DNA from: Corallochytrium limacisporum Hawaii
Lineage: Eukaryota > Protista > Pluriformea
Direction of reading: 5' to 3'
Assembly (NCBI GenBank): GCA_002811645.1
Contig: PDIP01000102.1
Span: 27,523-66,552, forward strand
DNA length: 39,030 nucleotides
The notes beneath the pieces were generated by a model that was not told the DNA's origin, did not search any database, and saw only the letters and a program-made list of their open reading frames with translations. The position numbers and the translations under genes are program-made. This document shows, piece by piece, positions 20,384 to 31,400 of the stretch (positions are counted from its first letter, which is position 1; every line of letters begins with the position of its first letter).

Positions 20384-21838
20384 ATGCAAGCAACCTACCT
20401 GATCGGACTGGTCGCGCTGCTGGCCGGCCACTTTGCGGATGGTGGCTCTGTAATTGAGCGGGCAAAGTATGGACCAGAATTGGACAAGGCACCCAGTCGA
20501 GATGAATTCGATTACTGTGGTCTCGAACCGACCATTCCGGGTGTGAGGCTTGACTATGCACCACTATTGGACAGTGAGCAGTATCACTTGCTCACAATCC
20601 AGATTGTGAACCGACACGGTGATCGCCTATACGATCGTCGAGGAGAATGCTGGACAGGTGATACAGCGGCATTTGAGTGTCCCCTCCAACAAGCCAACGG
20701 CTTGCAAGGTCGCGATCGCACCTATTTGCACTCCGGCCGCCTGTTCGAGAAGTCCTACATGGAGGGTCGCAACAACTACCCAGGGAATTGTGGCACTGGT
20801 CAACTCACTACCAGAGGCTTCCATCAGCATCTGATCAATGGCAGGGGCCTACGTGAAGAGATCAACGCGAGCCGCCCCAATTTCTTGCCGAAGACTCACA
20901 AGCAAATGCGGGAGCAAGTGTATGTGCGTAGCGATGACATGCAGCGCACCATGGAGAGCGCAGAGGCCCTGATCGAAGGTCTATTCCCGGATCGGCCTCA
21001 CTGGCACAAGGGCAAGACAACTCACATCCTGCCTCTTCACACTATGGATATTGAACAGGATGATATCTTCCCCAATGGCAGGATTTGCCCCAAATACGAA
21101 CAGTACGTGGCGGAGTGGCAGAAGAGTAGCGAGTACAAAGAACACTTTGAGAAGGTCACAAAGCCGCTGATGGATCGTACGTCAAACTGTGTGCCGGGGC
21201 ATATCAGCGAGGCGGCATTCTACGGCATTTTCGACTGCATTGCTGTGCATGTTTGCCAGGAGAAGAAATTACCCAAGGCAGTCACCACAGAACTCCTGCA
21301 TGCTCTCTACGAAGAGGCAATTTGGCAAGTGGAGAAGGAGTACATGTATCCATCCAAACAGGAGAACGCCCAAGTCGGCATTGGCTTCCTGCTCTACGAG
21401 CTCATGCAGTTCATTTACGAGAGTGTGACCCACAAGCCAGAAACGAAGATTCGCATTATTTCAGGGCACGATACGACCCTGATGCCACTGTTGATTGCGA
21501 TGGACATGTGGGACGGCAAATGGCCTCGCTATGCAGCCTTTCTGGCTATGGAAGTGTATCGCGATGTGTACAACGCCGATGAGGTCGTTCGCTTTACCTA
21601 CAATGGGGAGGTCCTGGAACCGAAGTGGTGCACGGAGTATGGAGATGGCATCTGCTCTTTCGAAGAAGTCGTGGCACACACGAAACCTCTGATGCCCCAG
21701 GGTCCTCGTATCGACGTTTGCACACCCACCTCAGGCCGGGAATCTCTACTCCGGCAGAGATCACACAAGCGCCACAGTGGCCACGGTAACCCGCTGCCGG
21801 TCATCCACCCCGATGATTTTGGTCCTTTCCAGTGGTAG
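20384..21838 (+). CDS. Secreted/lysosomal histidine acid phosphatase (branch 2)
   Basis: Signal peptide, RHGDR catalytic motif, GQLT..G, VRS...RTMESA and GHDTTL. ATG is at 20384; the track start is GTG. Confidence 0.93.
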   Translation: MQATYLIGLVALLAGHFADGGSVIERAKYGPELDKAPSRDEFDYCGLEPTIPGVRLDYAPLLDSEQYHLLTIQIVNRHGDRLYDRRGECWTGDTAAFECPLQQANGLQGRDRTYLHSGRLFEKSYMEGRNNYPGNCGTGQLTTRGFHQHLINGRGLREEINASRPNFLPKTHKQMREQVYVRSDDMQRTMESAEALIEGLFPDRPHWHKGKTTHILPLHTMDIEQDDIFPNGRICPKYEQYVAEWQKSSEYKEHFEKVTKPLMDRTSNCVPGHISEAAFYGIFDCIAVHVCQEKKLPKAVTTELLHALYEEAIWQVEKEYMYPSKQENAQVGIGFLLYELMQFIYESVTHKPETKIRIISGHDTTLMPLLIAMDMWDGKWPRYAAFLAMEVYRDVYNADEVVRFTYNGEVLEPKWCTEYGDGICSFEEVVAHTKPLMPQGPRIDVCTPTSGRESLLRQRSHKRHSGHGNPLPVIHPDDFGPFQW

Positions 21839-21935
21839 GTCGTGACGCATACCTCCCATCCATATCTCATGCGAATCCGAACGAGGTTCCATGTTAGAAT
21901 TGTTTGAAGTAGTTTTAATTAATTCTTTATAAAGT

Positions 21936-23078
21936 CTACACACAGTCCATGTTGGACGTGGTGGCAGGAACAGTAGCTTCTTTTACTTCTGCCGGATTTG
22001 TATCAGTTACTCTAACTTCCTCGGTCTCGGCTTTGCCAATACTTGCACTTCTCTCAGAGTCTTCCAGAGGGATGGGTTTCGGCTTGGTGCCTTCCCGGAC
22101 AGCCTCGACTTCATTCCAAGTCTTGGCAAAGACTATCGCCTTGCAGACATCTTCCCGGCGAATATTTTCCACATTGATGGCCCGTCCAGCCACCCGGGAC
22201 CGCTCCACGATGACTTCTTCCTTGGCTCGTGGGTTGAACCCTCTCTTCATGTAGCGCTCCTTCTTGATGAACCATCCGAACTTGTAAAAGTCTGGATAGG
22301 TCTTCCAGTGGATTCCCTTTTCTCCAAGCATGCGCAGCATCTCTTTGGTGTTCTTGCTCATTAAGACCCGTGGTTTGAAGTGTCGTTGTGCCAGTGCTGA
22401 CACACTGTTCCGCTTGCAATCGAAGATTGAGCGCCACTTGAGGTTCTCGTAGGCCTCCATTTCGTTTGGCACATGAAAGAGGCGTGCGTCGAAATGGGCC
22501 ATTCCTCCGCGGACTTTTTTCAGCAGAAAGCGATCCTTCTGCTCGTCAAATTGCTGTTGGCTAAGGTGAAGATTGAAGCGCACAGAGCAGTAACCCGCCA
22601 TGATGGTACATGTTTTCATGATCCGTCCGTTGAAGGCAATTTCAGTATCACCTGCTGGTGGGAAGAACAAGCTAATCTCATCGCTGCAGGTATAGGCACA
22701 CGTTGCACTATACTCCTGGAGCAAATCCATGGCAGTTTCTTTCATCGCGTCCACGAATCGCTGGTCATATGGCTTTGAAAATCCCTGCGTAAATCGACTG
22801 AAGCGATGACCATCCAATCGAATAATGTACGGTTTTGTACGATCAATTGCAATGGCTGCATACTCCAGTTCGTAGTCTTTCATGCGGGCGCCCACTGGAT
22901 CACGATCGGCCATCCGGGGCTTTTTGGGAACGGGGTTGTGTCCGGGTCGATTTGGCCGGTTATTTTTATCCTTGCCCTTGCGCTTTTTAGTTTTCGGAAG
23001 TTGCATGATGTCCATCTTCCGCCCCTTGCTTTCCGCATCATGCGACGCAGTAGCGGCCTGCTCCTTGCCACCCGCCAT
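21936..23078 (-). CDS. Thg1-like protein (TLP), tRNA-His guanylyltransferase / 3'-5' polymerase family
   Basis: IIRLDGHRFSRFT..F.KPYD, AYTCSDEISL, FNGRIMK, HFDAR, WR..DCKRNSV and G..W..YP..YKFG. First ATG is at 23078. Confidence 0.93.
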   Translation of the reverse strand: MAGGKEQAATASHDAESKGRKMDIMQLPKTKKRKGKDKNNRPNRPGHNPVPKKPRMADRDPVGARMKDYELEYAAIAIDRTKPYIIRLDGHRFSRFTQGFSKPYDQRFVDAMKETAMDLLQEYSATCAYTCSDEISLFFPPAGDTEIAFNGRIMKTCTIMAGYCSVRFNLHLSQQQFDEQKDRFLLKKVRGGMAHFDARLFHVPNEMEAYENLKWRSIFDCKRNSVSALAQRHFKPRVLMSKNTKEMLRMLGEKGIHWKTYPDFYKFGWFIKKERYMKRGFNPRAKEEVIVERSRVAGRAINVENIRREDVCKAIVFAKTWNEVEAVREGTKPKPIPLEDSERSASIGKAETEEVRVTDTNPAEVKEATVPATTSNMDCV

Positions 23079-23900
23079 GTTGTCCCTTCTGCTACAAATC
23101 CTATCTCTGTGGTGCACTTACATATTGAATTAAAGAGGTCATAGCCAGTGCTTCTGTTGAACCTCCCTGGTCTGAGGGACCGCGCCAGCAGATTCATACC
23201 CCTCCAAAATCTTCGTTCAAGTACCTCCCATCGCACCACAACGGACCCATGTGTCCTCGGAGAGGCCAGGCGGGGCCCCTTCTGAGAGGCCCCCCCCCCT
23301 GTCCCTCTCCCTCCCTGCCGCTCTCCCGGAAGGCGATCTCCAGTCCCTTCCTCTCTCCTCCCTCCCGCGGTTCCGGTGGTTGGGGGTGTACCAAACCCTC
23401 GAATTTCTTGGTTAATTGGCTGGGAAGGGGAGACCCGCTCCCGCCAAACAACGAATGGCGGAATGGCTTTTTTTTTCCCTTTCTGTTGCGCCGCCGCGGG
23501 GGGTGTGGGGGAGGGCCTTCTTATTTCGTCATTGACACACAAACCATCCTCTCTCCCGGGCCGCAACGCAAAAGTACCTGCGGCGGTGAAGCGCAGAGGC
23601 GGGCAAACGGATCCGGACGCGGGGTCGGCCTGCCCTTCCCTCTACGTTCCATTCGGACGGTAGCCCGGTCTCATGGTTCGAAGTGTTTCGTTTCGGCCTT
23701 TCTGTGAGATTGTGGTTTCTCTTTGCATGGCGATGGGAGAACAGCCCTTTTGTCAGCAGTGGCTCTGCAGTGTGAAGGTATGTGAATGCATAAAATGAGC
23801 GAACGGGCTCGAGATGTGTTGATCTTTGTAGATGTTTGTACTGAACGTTGACTTCAGGACTCACATTACACGAAAGTTACAAGAAGTAGAACGAGGAACA

Positions 23901-24422
23901 ATGATTGCACGGTTTGCTGCTCATCCACTCTTGCGGTCGACGAAGACCAGATTCGTTGCTATGTCTCTGATGAGCAGTGCTTCTTCTGTGGTCCTCTGTG
24001 AAGGTGCTGAAAGTGAAGACAAGGACAAGGGGCTCCCGGACTTCGTCCAGGATTTCCGAAAGGACTTAGACCCGGCTGATGGCTATCACATGGGCCATGT
24101 TGCTGGCTCTGCTACAACTGGAGGCATCATGGGGTTCAGTGCTGGCTACGCCTTGAAAAAGATGGGAAAGGCGGCAACAGTAGGTGTTGGCGTCTTGTTC
24201 ATGACTTTCCAGACCGCTGCATACTTCGGATATGTCAAAGTCGACTGGGACAAGATTGATAATGACTTGCGCACCAGATTAGATGTCAATAACGATGGTG
24301 TAGTCGACGACAAAGATGTGAACATCATTGCCGCAGACTTGGTGAAAGTTTTTACGTCGCACATGGGTGTCACCGCCACGGGTTTCGCAGGCGGATTGCT
24401 CTTAGGATTCCGCGCAGGTTAG
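23901..24422 (+). CDS. FUN14-domain mitochondrial membrane protein
   Basis: GGIMGFSAGYALKKMGKAATVGVG..F...Q.A...GYVKVDW and GFAGGLLLG. ATG 23901 is preferred (A at -3, presequence-like N-terminus); an in-frame ATG also exists at 23832. Confidence 0.9.
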   Translation: MIARFAAHPLLRSTKTRFVAMSLMSSASSVVLCEGAESEDKDKGLPDFVQDFRKDLDPADGYHMGHVAGSATTGGIMGFSAGYALKKMGKAATVGVGVLFMTFQTAAYFGYVKVDWDKIDNDLRTRLDVNNDGVVDDKDVNIIAADLVKVFTSHMGVTATGFAGGLLLGFRAG

Positions 24423-24531
24423 TTTGGCAATAAAAGTCTCTTGACTCTCTACCTCGAAAAGTGTAATTCTTCATATGCACTTACTGTTCTTCCTATATTG
24501 ATGCTATATAGTTATGGTTGTAAAGGTCTCT

Positions 24532-25506
24532 CTAATAGAAGCGCTTGTTCGCGCGCTCCTTCATCTTTAGCTTGTAGAACCAGGCCCCTGCAACTACCAG
24601 TCCAAGGATGACGATAGCGATCAGCAAGAAGAGAAGGACGTTCCAAACTACGTCGCCCCATGAGCGTCTCCGCTTCGAAACACGTGGACGAGTCGGAGCC
24701 TCATCTAGAGCCTTCGGGACCTTGTCGCCTTTGAATGGGTTTATCCAACTTCGTGCATTCTTTAAACTTTCCACCTTGAGGGAAAGAATGTCGTGATTGT
24801 CACTCAGCTCTCCAGTTAAGGCAGTGAATCCGAAGAAGTAGTTGGTAGGCAAGTTCACATGTTCTGCAGAGAAACAGACTTCCCACTGGTCTTCTCCCTT
24901 GACATCCATCTCAATAGTCAGTTCAGCTTCTTTGTACGTGATGCGTGCCTTAGTGGGCATGTTCACCCCACGGAACTTGGCCTCACAGAAAGCCAGCTGG
25001 GTGAGTGTGCCCTCAGTGTCGTGATCATACGATTTGCTACCATCGTTAACCATAGCAGAGACGAACGGATGTCCATGGCTATGCGCCCCCTGGTGATTGC
25101 TGTAAGTGTCAAAGAAAACGCCGAGACCGGTGAAATAGTCTTCATTGCCGAAAACGGGACCCTCCGTACCTGCTTGTTTTGTGTACCAAAAGGCAAAACC
25201 ATCGCCAAATAAGCGGCGAGAGTTACCATGAACCTTGAATTCGAATGTCACGCGCCATGCAGCGTAAGGAAGAGGGTGGGTGGCCCAGATACTACCGCTC
25301 TGTGACGGTAGGTCATGGGTCAAGCGAACGTAGTCCTCAGCCACTATCGCATCACCATCCCAATTCCAACGTTTGTTCAGAGATGATGATAACATTGGCC
25401 TTTTCATTTGATAATTCCACAACTCAAAGCCATTGACCATTGCCACCATCGCCGCGAGGACGATGAGGCACCGGAACATAGAACCTCCGTTAGCTGGAGC
25501 AACCAT
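24532..25506 (-). CDS. LMAN2: L-type lectin cargo receptor VIP36/VIPL (LMAN2-like)
   Basis: Signal peptide, YVRLT, GDGFAFWY, GPVFG, FTGLGVFFDTYSN, YDHD, TGELSDNHD, a TM helix and C-terminal KRFY. Start is 25506 (alternative 25479). Confidence 0.93.
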   Translation of the reverse strand: MVAPANGGSMFRCLIVLAAMVAMVNGFELWNYQMKRPMLSSSLNKRWNWDGDAIVAEDYVRLTHDLPSQSGSIWATHPLPYAAWRVTFEFKVHGNSRRLFGDGFAFWYTKQAGTEGPVFGNEDYFTGLGVFFDTYSNHQGAHSHGHPFVSAMVNDGSKSYDHDTEGTLTQLAFCEAKFRGVNMPTKARITYKEAELTIEMDVKGEDQWEVCFSAEHVNLPTNYFFGFTALTGELSDNHDILSLKVESLKNARSWINPFKGDKVPKALDEAPTRPRVSKRRRSWGDVVWNVLLFLLIAIVILGLVVAGAWFYKLKMKERANKRFY

Positions 25507-26149
25507 TCTATTATGTTTTGCCTCCAACACCTCTAGTGTACCATACCTAGTCTGTTCGAGGTGCTTCCTTACATTACGTGTATACAAGTGCAATTCTTAC
25601 TACTCACTGTTAGTCTACTTTGTTTGTCAAAAGTACCTTTTGTGTTTGTCTGCGGGCTCGTGGTCGCGGAACATGTCTTGTTTTCACTTTTTTCCAACCA
25701 ACCACGTCCGCTGAGCAGTTTGTTTCTGAAGGGCAACGGACCAGCAACACTCGGGTTTGAGACGATGGAATCGAATTAACTCTTCCCATAATGAATGTAT
25801 TTAACTTTTCAAAGTATGCTTCTGATTCATCTATTCCGTTAGTTTAATAATAAACAACACAGAATCCAAAACGAATCAAAACTGCGCACACGAAATTGGG
25901 AGGACGCAATGGGACCATCTCGGGAAGACATGGGCACGAGCCTGCACAGGAGTCTCAGTCGTATCCACGAAAATCTACCCAGTACATTGTCTATGCAGTT
26001 GTCGTGAAATAGGAGTCGGCTGACAACCGGAGACCTAGCGGGCCCGATTATTCTCGCTTTGTGAGAGACTCGCGATTCGGGCTGTGTCCCACCGAAATAT
26101 ATGTGTACTGTATGGCAGGAGAACTTGATGTCACCTGCGCGCATCCATC

Positions 26150-27547
26150 ATGACGACTTCAGCGAGTATAAAAAGGCAGGTCCTTTTCGACAGCTTCTTG
26201 GCTAAGCAGGAAAACAGGTCATGCAAAGTTTACAGCTGCATGTATGAAAGGATGGGACGAGGCGGCGCTGACGTTATTTCGAAATCGGCCTCCAAGGCCG
26301 TAATCAGGGACCGGCTGTTCGCGTCTCTGTTGAGCATGTTTATTGCTGATGCTTTGGCAATGCCTGTTCACTGGTACTATGTTACACATCGTATCCAGGA
26401 GAAGTTTGGTCTCGTTAAGACCTACATGACTCCAGAGAATCCTCATGAGGAGAGCATGGTTGATGGTATGCGCTACACCGGGTCCCTTGATATATTGCAT
26501 GACAAACGGCAGTATTACAATATTGGGAATATTAGCGGAGCTCCTGGAGCTGTACATACTGACAGTCACGGTAACCATCTGATGAAGAAGGAAAACGAAC
26601 GGACACACTATCATAACGGTCTACACAGTGGTGAACCTACCTTGTGCATGCAGATCCAGCGTGTCTTCCTGCGCAGTGTCGCTAAGCGTGGAGGTTACGA
26701 TGCCCAGGGGTATTTGGAAGACTTTAAGGATTTCATGACTACGCCGGGTGCACACAATGATACGTACACCGAGGTCTTTATTCGTCGGTTTTTTGAGTAT
26801 GCCAGCGACGGTCGACCATTGAAGGAATGTGCAGAGAATCAGACGAAAGTCTGGTCCATTGGCAGTCACACGGGTGTCAATTTTGCCATTCCTGCCTTCT
26901 ACTATTCTCTGTTTAAGGAGCAGGGATGCCCACCTGTGGCTCAGGAGCAGTTGAATGAGGCGATGGACTTTGGCCAGCAGCATCATGAACTCACGCACAA
27001 GAGTCTGAATGTATCGGTGGCGTTCAGGGCGATCGCTCCGACACTTGCCGAGCTGGCATGTGCCGAAAATCCAGACGTTGAGGCCATTCAAAAGGCTGCT
27101 GCGCGCATGTCTCTACCTATGGTAACGGGCAAGAAGCTCATGGAAATGTACCGTGAGTACCAAGGTCCTGGTAACATCCCCGATGATCTTGTGTGGAAGT
27201 TACACACTGACTATCGGGAAGAGCCTTTCCGCATCGCCGACTACTTGGACATGGCTGACAATGACTTCATTGGCAAAGAGGTAACCTCTGCTTGCTACAC
27301 TGAGCATGGTGTGCCAGCTGTTCTCTACCTCGCCGAAAAGCACCGAGGTAACTACGAAGACGCCATCATTGCCAACGTCAACGCCGGTGGTGATAACACA
27401 GGCCGTGCTGGCATCCTCGGTGCTGTAGTGGGCCTCCAGTACGGCACTGCAGCAATACCCAAGGACTGGCGTGACGGACTGTACGATCAAGAGGACATTG
27501 AAAAGGATATCAACGGCTTTCTTGACGTCGTCATGGGTGAGGCCTAG
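26150..27547 (+). CDS. ADP-ribosylglycohydrolase-fold protein (DraG/crystallin J1 superfamily)
   Basis: FIADALAMPVHWYY, HNDTY, SACY...PAVLYLA, ANVNAGGDN..R..ILGA, IP..W..GL. The true start may be 26252. Confidence 0.85.
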   Translation: MTTSASIKRQVLFDSFLAKQENRSCKVYSCMYERMGRGGADVISKSASKAVIRDRLFASLLSMFIADALAMPVHWYYVTHRIQEKFGLVKTYMTPENPHEESMVDGMRYTGSLDILHDKRQYYNIGNISGAPGAVHTDSHGNHLMKKENERTHYHNGLHSGEPTLCMQIQRVFLRSVAKRGGYDAQGYLEDFKDFMTTPGAHNDTYTEVFIRRFFEYASDGRPLKECAENQTKVWSIGSHTGVNFAIPAFYYSLFKEQGCPPVAQEQLNEAMDFGQQHHELTHKSLNVSVAFRAIAPTLAELACAENPDVEAIQKAAARMSLPMVTGKKLMEMYREYQGPGNIPDDLVWKLHTDYREEPFRIADYLDMADNDFIGKEVTSACYTEHGVPAVLYLAEKHRGNYEDAIIANVNAGGDNTGRAGILGAVVGLQYGTAAIPKDWRDGLYDQEDIEKDINGFLDVVMGEA

Positions 27548-27860
27548 GCCGTTCCCAACCCCTGCATCAATTCTTGGATCACTCTATCAATATTTCTGCT
27601 ACTCGCTTACCGGATTCGGTATTGTTTCTTTCTCCCGTGCGATACCAAAGAAGCTAGACTTCTTGCAATGTCCCCCAACATAACACACAAAATACAGTCC
27701 TTTTCCCCGCAAATTCATGGCCTTCAAGAACGGGATATGCTTCCCATGGGTGTGAATAGGCACTAGTCATGGTCGCACGCCCTGATTCCCTCGCCTGAGC
27801 TACCCCTTCCCCGGGGTGCGAGGGTGAGGAGGGGGAGAATTAGACACTTCGCTCCCTTGC

Positions 27861-28392
27861 GCGCGAAATTCTTAAAATGTGAAGAAAAAAGAAGAGAGAG
27901 GGGCCAACGAAACTAAAGAAAGGGGGAAACCCGGGGAAACCGGAGGGTTTGTTCCGTGGATGGCGAGTCAGCCGCAAAATGGTCGCCGGGAAGGAGAGAA
28001 AATATTGGCCAAATTGGCCTTCGGGGGATATTCCTGCAATGTGTTTAGTACCAAATTGTGTACCGATGCAGTCGGATACACCACAGGAAAGGGGCCGGGC
28101 GCGAAAAAAACCTGTGGACCAGGCGGAGAGAGCGCAAAGGGAGCCCGAGCGTTTTGGAGGGAGCCGCAGAAGGAGAGTGGACTGAAAACGATCACGCTTG
28201 CAGAGCAGTAAACAGAGAGTTTGAGGTGTGAGTTGATGTAGTACTAGTGCAACATAGGAAGTTTCTCAATCTGGGAAGTCGAGCCCTTCACAAGGTCGAT
28301 GTTGCCTCCGCCAGTGCATTGAATCGTTTGTTTACAGCAACTACTTAAGCTCGTTAGCGTTGAGAAACTTGCGAAGATGTAGAAGCGCGAAA
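27861..28392. promoter_or_regulatory. Three candidate E2F sites upstream of the Claspin-like gene
   Basis: GCGCGAAA (=TTTCGCGC) at 27861-27868, 28099-28106 and 28385-28392. Confidence 0.6.
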
Positions 28393-28471
28393 GAAAGGAA
28401 CCAACTGAACGTAGTAGAAGGGCAGATATCATGTTTTGAAGTAGAAAAGATCTGGCCTGTATTTTGGAACC

Positions 28472-31400
28472 ATGGCAGCCAGTGAAAGCGGCACCGAAGT
28501 ACTGCCTGCTGCACAAGGTGAAATCGTGGAAGAGGCACTGAGTGCTCCCAGTTCACCAGAGTACAATGCCGCGGCATGGCGTTTGGACGAAGCCGGGAAT
28601 GATGAGAACGTATCCGAAACAAGCACACAGTATGAAGCTGATCCGGAGGAATTTGAGTCCACTCGTCGTATGAAGCAGGTAGTTGAGAGCGATGAGGATG
28701 AAGACCCCGCAATTCCAGCTGGGCCCGTGGCCGATAGCCAAGCACTTCCTGGCTTCGAGAGGACTCAGGAATGCGTTCCGCATAAGGAGACAGAATCTGA
28801 ACCGTCTCCGGCGCAGAATCAAGATTTACCAGCCTTTGCTGACTCGGATGACGATAGTGAAGTTGAGGCCGTGGTACGCCACAGGCCCACATCCAAGAGG
28901 CGCATTGACGAGGACGAAGGTCGCTATGCAACACACTTAGCTGACGACCATGACGAAGACTCTGAAGTGGCGAAGAAGAATAGATCTCAGGCCATCAAAG
29001 AAAAACTCACTAAGTTAGCTGCTGAAAAGCGCGAAGAAGTGGCAACTTTCGAAGATGAGAGCCATGGTGAACGTGAACGAAAGCACAAGACCCAGCATGG
29101 GAAGACAGACGAGTACACTGCAGTGGACAAGGAAGAAGAGGCCTTGCTCGATGTCAACGAAATACGCAAAGAGCTGGCAGATTTACAGGATCATGGCGAG
29201 GCGCCCAAATACAAATACCAAGAAGTGGATGTGGGTGTTGTCAGTGACTCCGAAGAAGATAGTCTCCTGGACAGCGAAGGCGACTACGCGCCGGTGAAGA
29301 AATCCAGAAAGAAGTCCAAGGGATGCGAACCGAAGCCAAAGAAACATTTTGTAACACGTGCAGAGCTGGAGAAAATGAGTAAGCAACGTCAAAAAGTTCA
29401 ACGCGAAATGGACATCGACTTGAAGAAGAAGGAATGCAAAAAGGTGACAGCCGTGGATGTTCTCAAGAAAAGGGGCTTCTTTGCACGAAGTAGTACGACT
29501 GAGGACTCAACTCATAGTCGGCGGAAGGCTATTTTCAGTATGATCATGAGTCAACGGGAAAGTTCTCAGCAGATGGGTACGTCTTTGCCTCGACTGTCCA
29601 GTGACACGAACGCGATCTATGCTGTGAGCAGTGCTAGTCAGAGTAGCAATTCTGGCTTTCGACGGGAGTCGGTTGCGACGGTTGGCCTGAGTGTCGTTGA
29701 CGAGAATGCTTCGTCTGCGACGCTACGCAAGCACTTGCGCAAGGAGGCCATGACTGCGGCGTTGAACGCTCGCAAGAACTCCAAAACGAGTCAGAGGTCC
29801 AGTTCTACGCAGAAGGAAATGGACTTTATCGGCCCATTGGATAGCAACTCGAGCAGCGCATTTCATCCTGGTAACCATGGCATACTTGCTCGCAAGCCCT
29901 CCGATGATGGAGAGACTCAAGATGGGCTGGACAGTCACACAATGGATGTTGCTAGCATCCAAGGATGTGCAACCCTCGACGGCGAACGTGAAGATTCCGT
30001 TGCTGAATTCACTGACATTGATGTAGTCCGTGCAGGAACCCCAGATCTCGGTCAGCCCCACTTTGAGAATACAGCAGAGCAGAACCTGAATGCTCAGGCG
30101 GCGGAAGAAGTAGGCAACTTTGCCGCTGCAGGAGCGTCGACAGACGACGCCCCAAAAGCGATAGGTCTCGGCGACGAATGGAATGGTCTGTTTACAGCCC
30201 CGGAAGCCACACAAAAATCTGTTTCCCACAACGCTTGGGAGAATACTCAGGGCAAGTCAACACAGCAAGGCGACTCCACCACTCAAGCGCAAGAAGAGCC
30301 AGTTGCAATTCCTACTGCCGTGCACAAGAGTGCAGAAAGGGACGAACAGACTGCTCGGGAGACAGCGCACGAGGACCCTGCAAAATCAGAGCCCAAGGAA
30401 CAGATTATCGAAGAGGTTCTGTCGCCGCCCACGTCACCTGGCACCGTAGAGGAACACTCTGTTGCGCAGCAGATCGATAGTGATGATGAGGAAGCGGAAC
30501 AGGACAACGACAGAGTCCACGCCGGAAATGTAGGAAAGGAACTTCAAAGTCATGCCAACCCACTAATTGATGGATTGGCTGAAGAGGGTGAAGAAGAGGA
30601 CGAAGATGAAGCCACCGGTATAAGCCGACGCAAAGTGGCCGATGACGACATTAGCGAGGAGGAAGAAAACGACGACATGGACAAGTCCCTAAGCTCTCTC
30701 ATTGACGATGAGGGCGATGATCTTGGAGCGGACGAGGCACCAGGCATGCATGCTGCTCTGGCACGCAAGATGGATGAGGACAGCGAAGACGAACTTGACG
30801 CTCTGTATCGTAAATATGGTCAAGACGGGGATGAAAGCAGGAAGAAAAAGCGCCGCAAGACCAGTAGCAATAAGCAGCAGGGTGCTCTGCGTGAGATCAA
30901 TGGTAACAAGGATCGTCGCCAGAGTTCAGGTAGCCGCTTTTCAAGGCTTGACTCTGAAGTCGATGTCTTTGCCGAACTGGCCCGTGGCTTGGAGAAGGGT
31001 ACCTCCGACGCTTTCGTCTTCAACGAGAACGCAATGATGGAAGATTCACGCTCATCAAACGATCGCCATGGCAGCAGGCATCACCGTCGTAAGTCATCGT
31101 ACCATCGCGGCAGTCTCGACGATGATTTGGACACCGGCGCATCCCAGCTGTCCAATAGCAGCCGTCCCGGCCTGCTCCGTCGTGATAGCAGTAACAACTT
31201 GCGCAGCCTTCCCAGGCGCGATTCCAATAGTGTCAGCAACAGCAGTGCTCTAGGCGCCGCCCATGGAGGATCGTTCATGCGTCACAGCAAACTGCGCAAG
31301 TTTGGCACTGGTGGCTCCAGCAAGGTCGTGTCTTTGCATGCAATTGACCGCACGTGCCGCACCACCGAGCTCATGGGCTCCACGGGCGGCTCGGCAGCTA

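Noticed and set aside
23088-23121. 30-34 nt GTAAGT...AG micro-introns before the TLP ATG (a similar one lies before the PhK ATG, ~35503-35536)
   Set aside because: Very short with no convincing branch point; cannot be supported without transcripts.
8120-26250. Many 5-7 bp stems in leaders (e.g. CACGAA/TTCGTG near 20321-20361, CACCTC/GAGGTG near 25527-25563)
   Set aside because: A few 6-bp complementary matches are expected by chance in any 150-nt segment.
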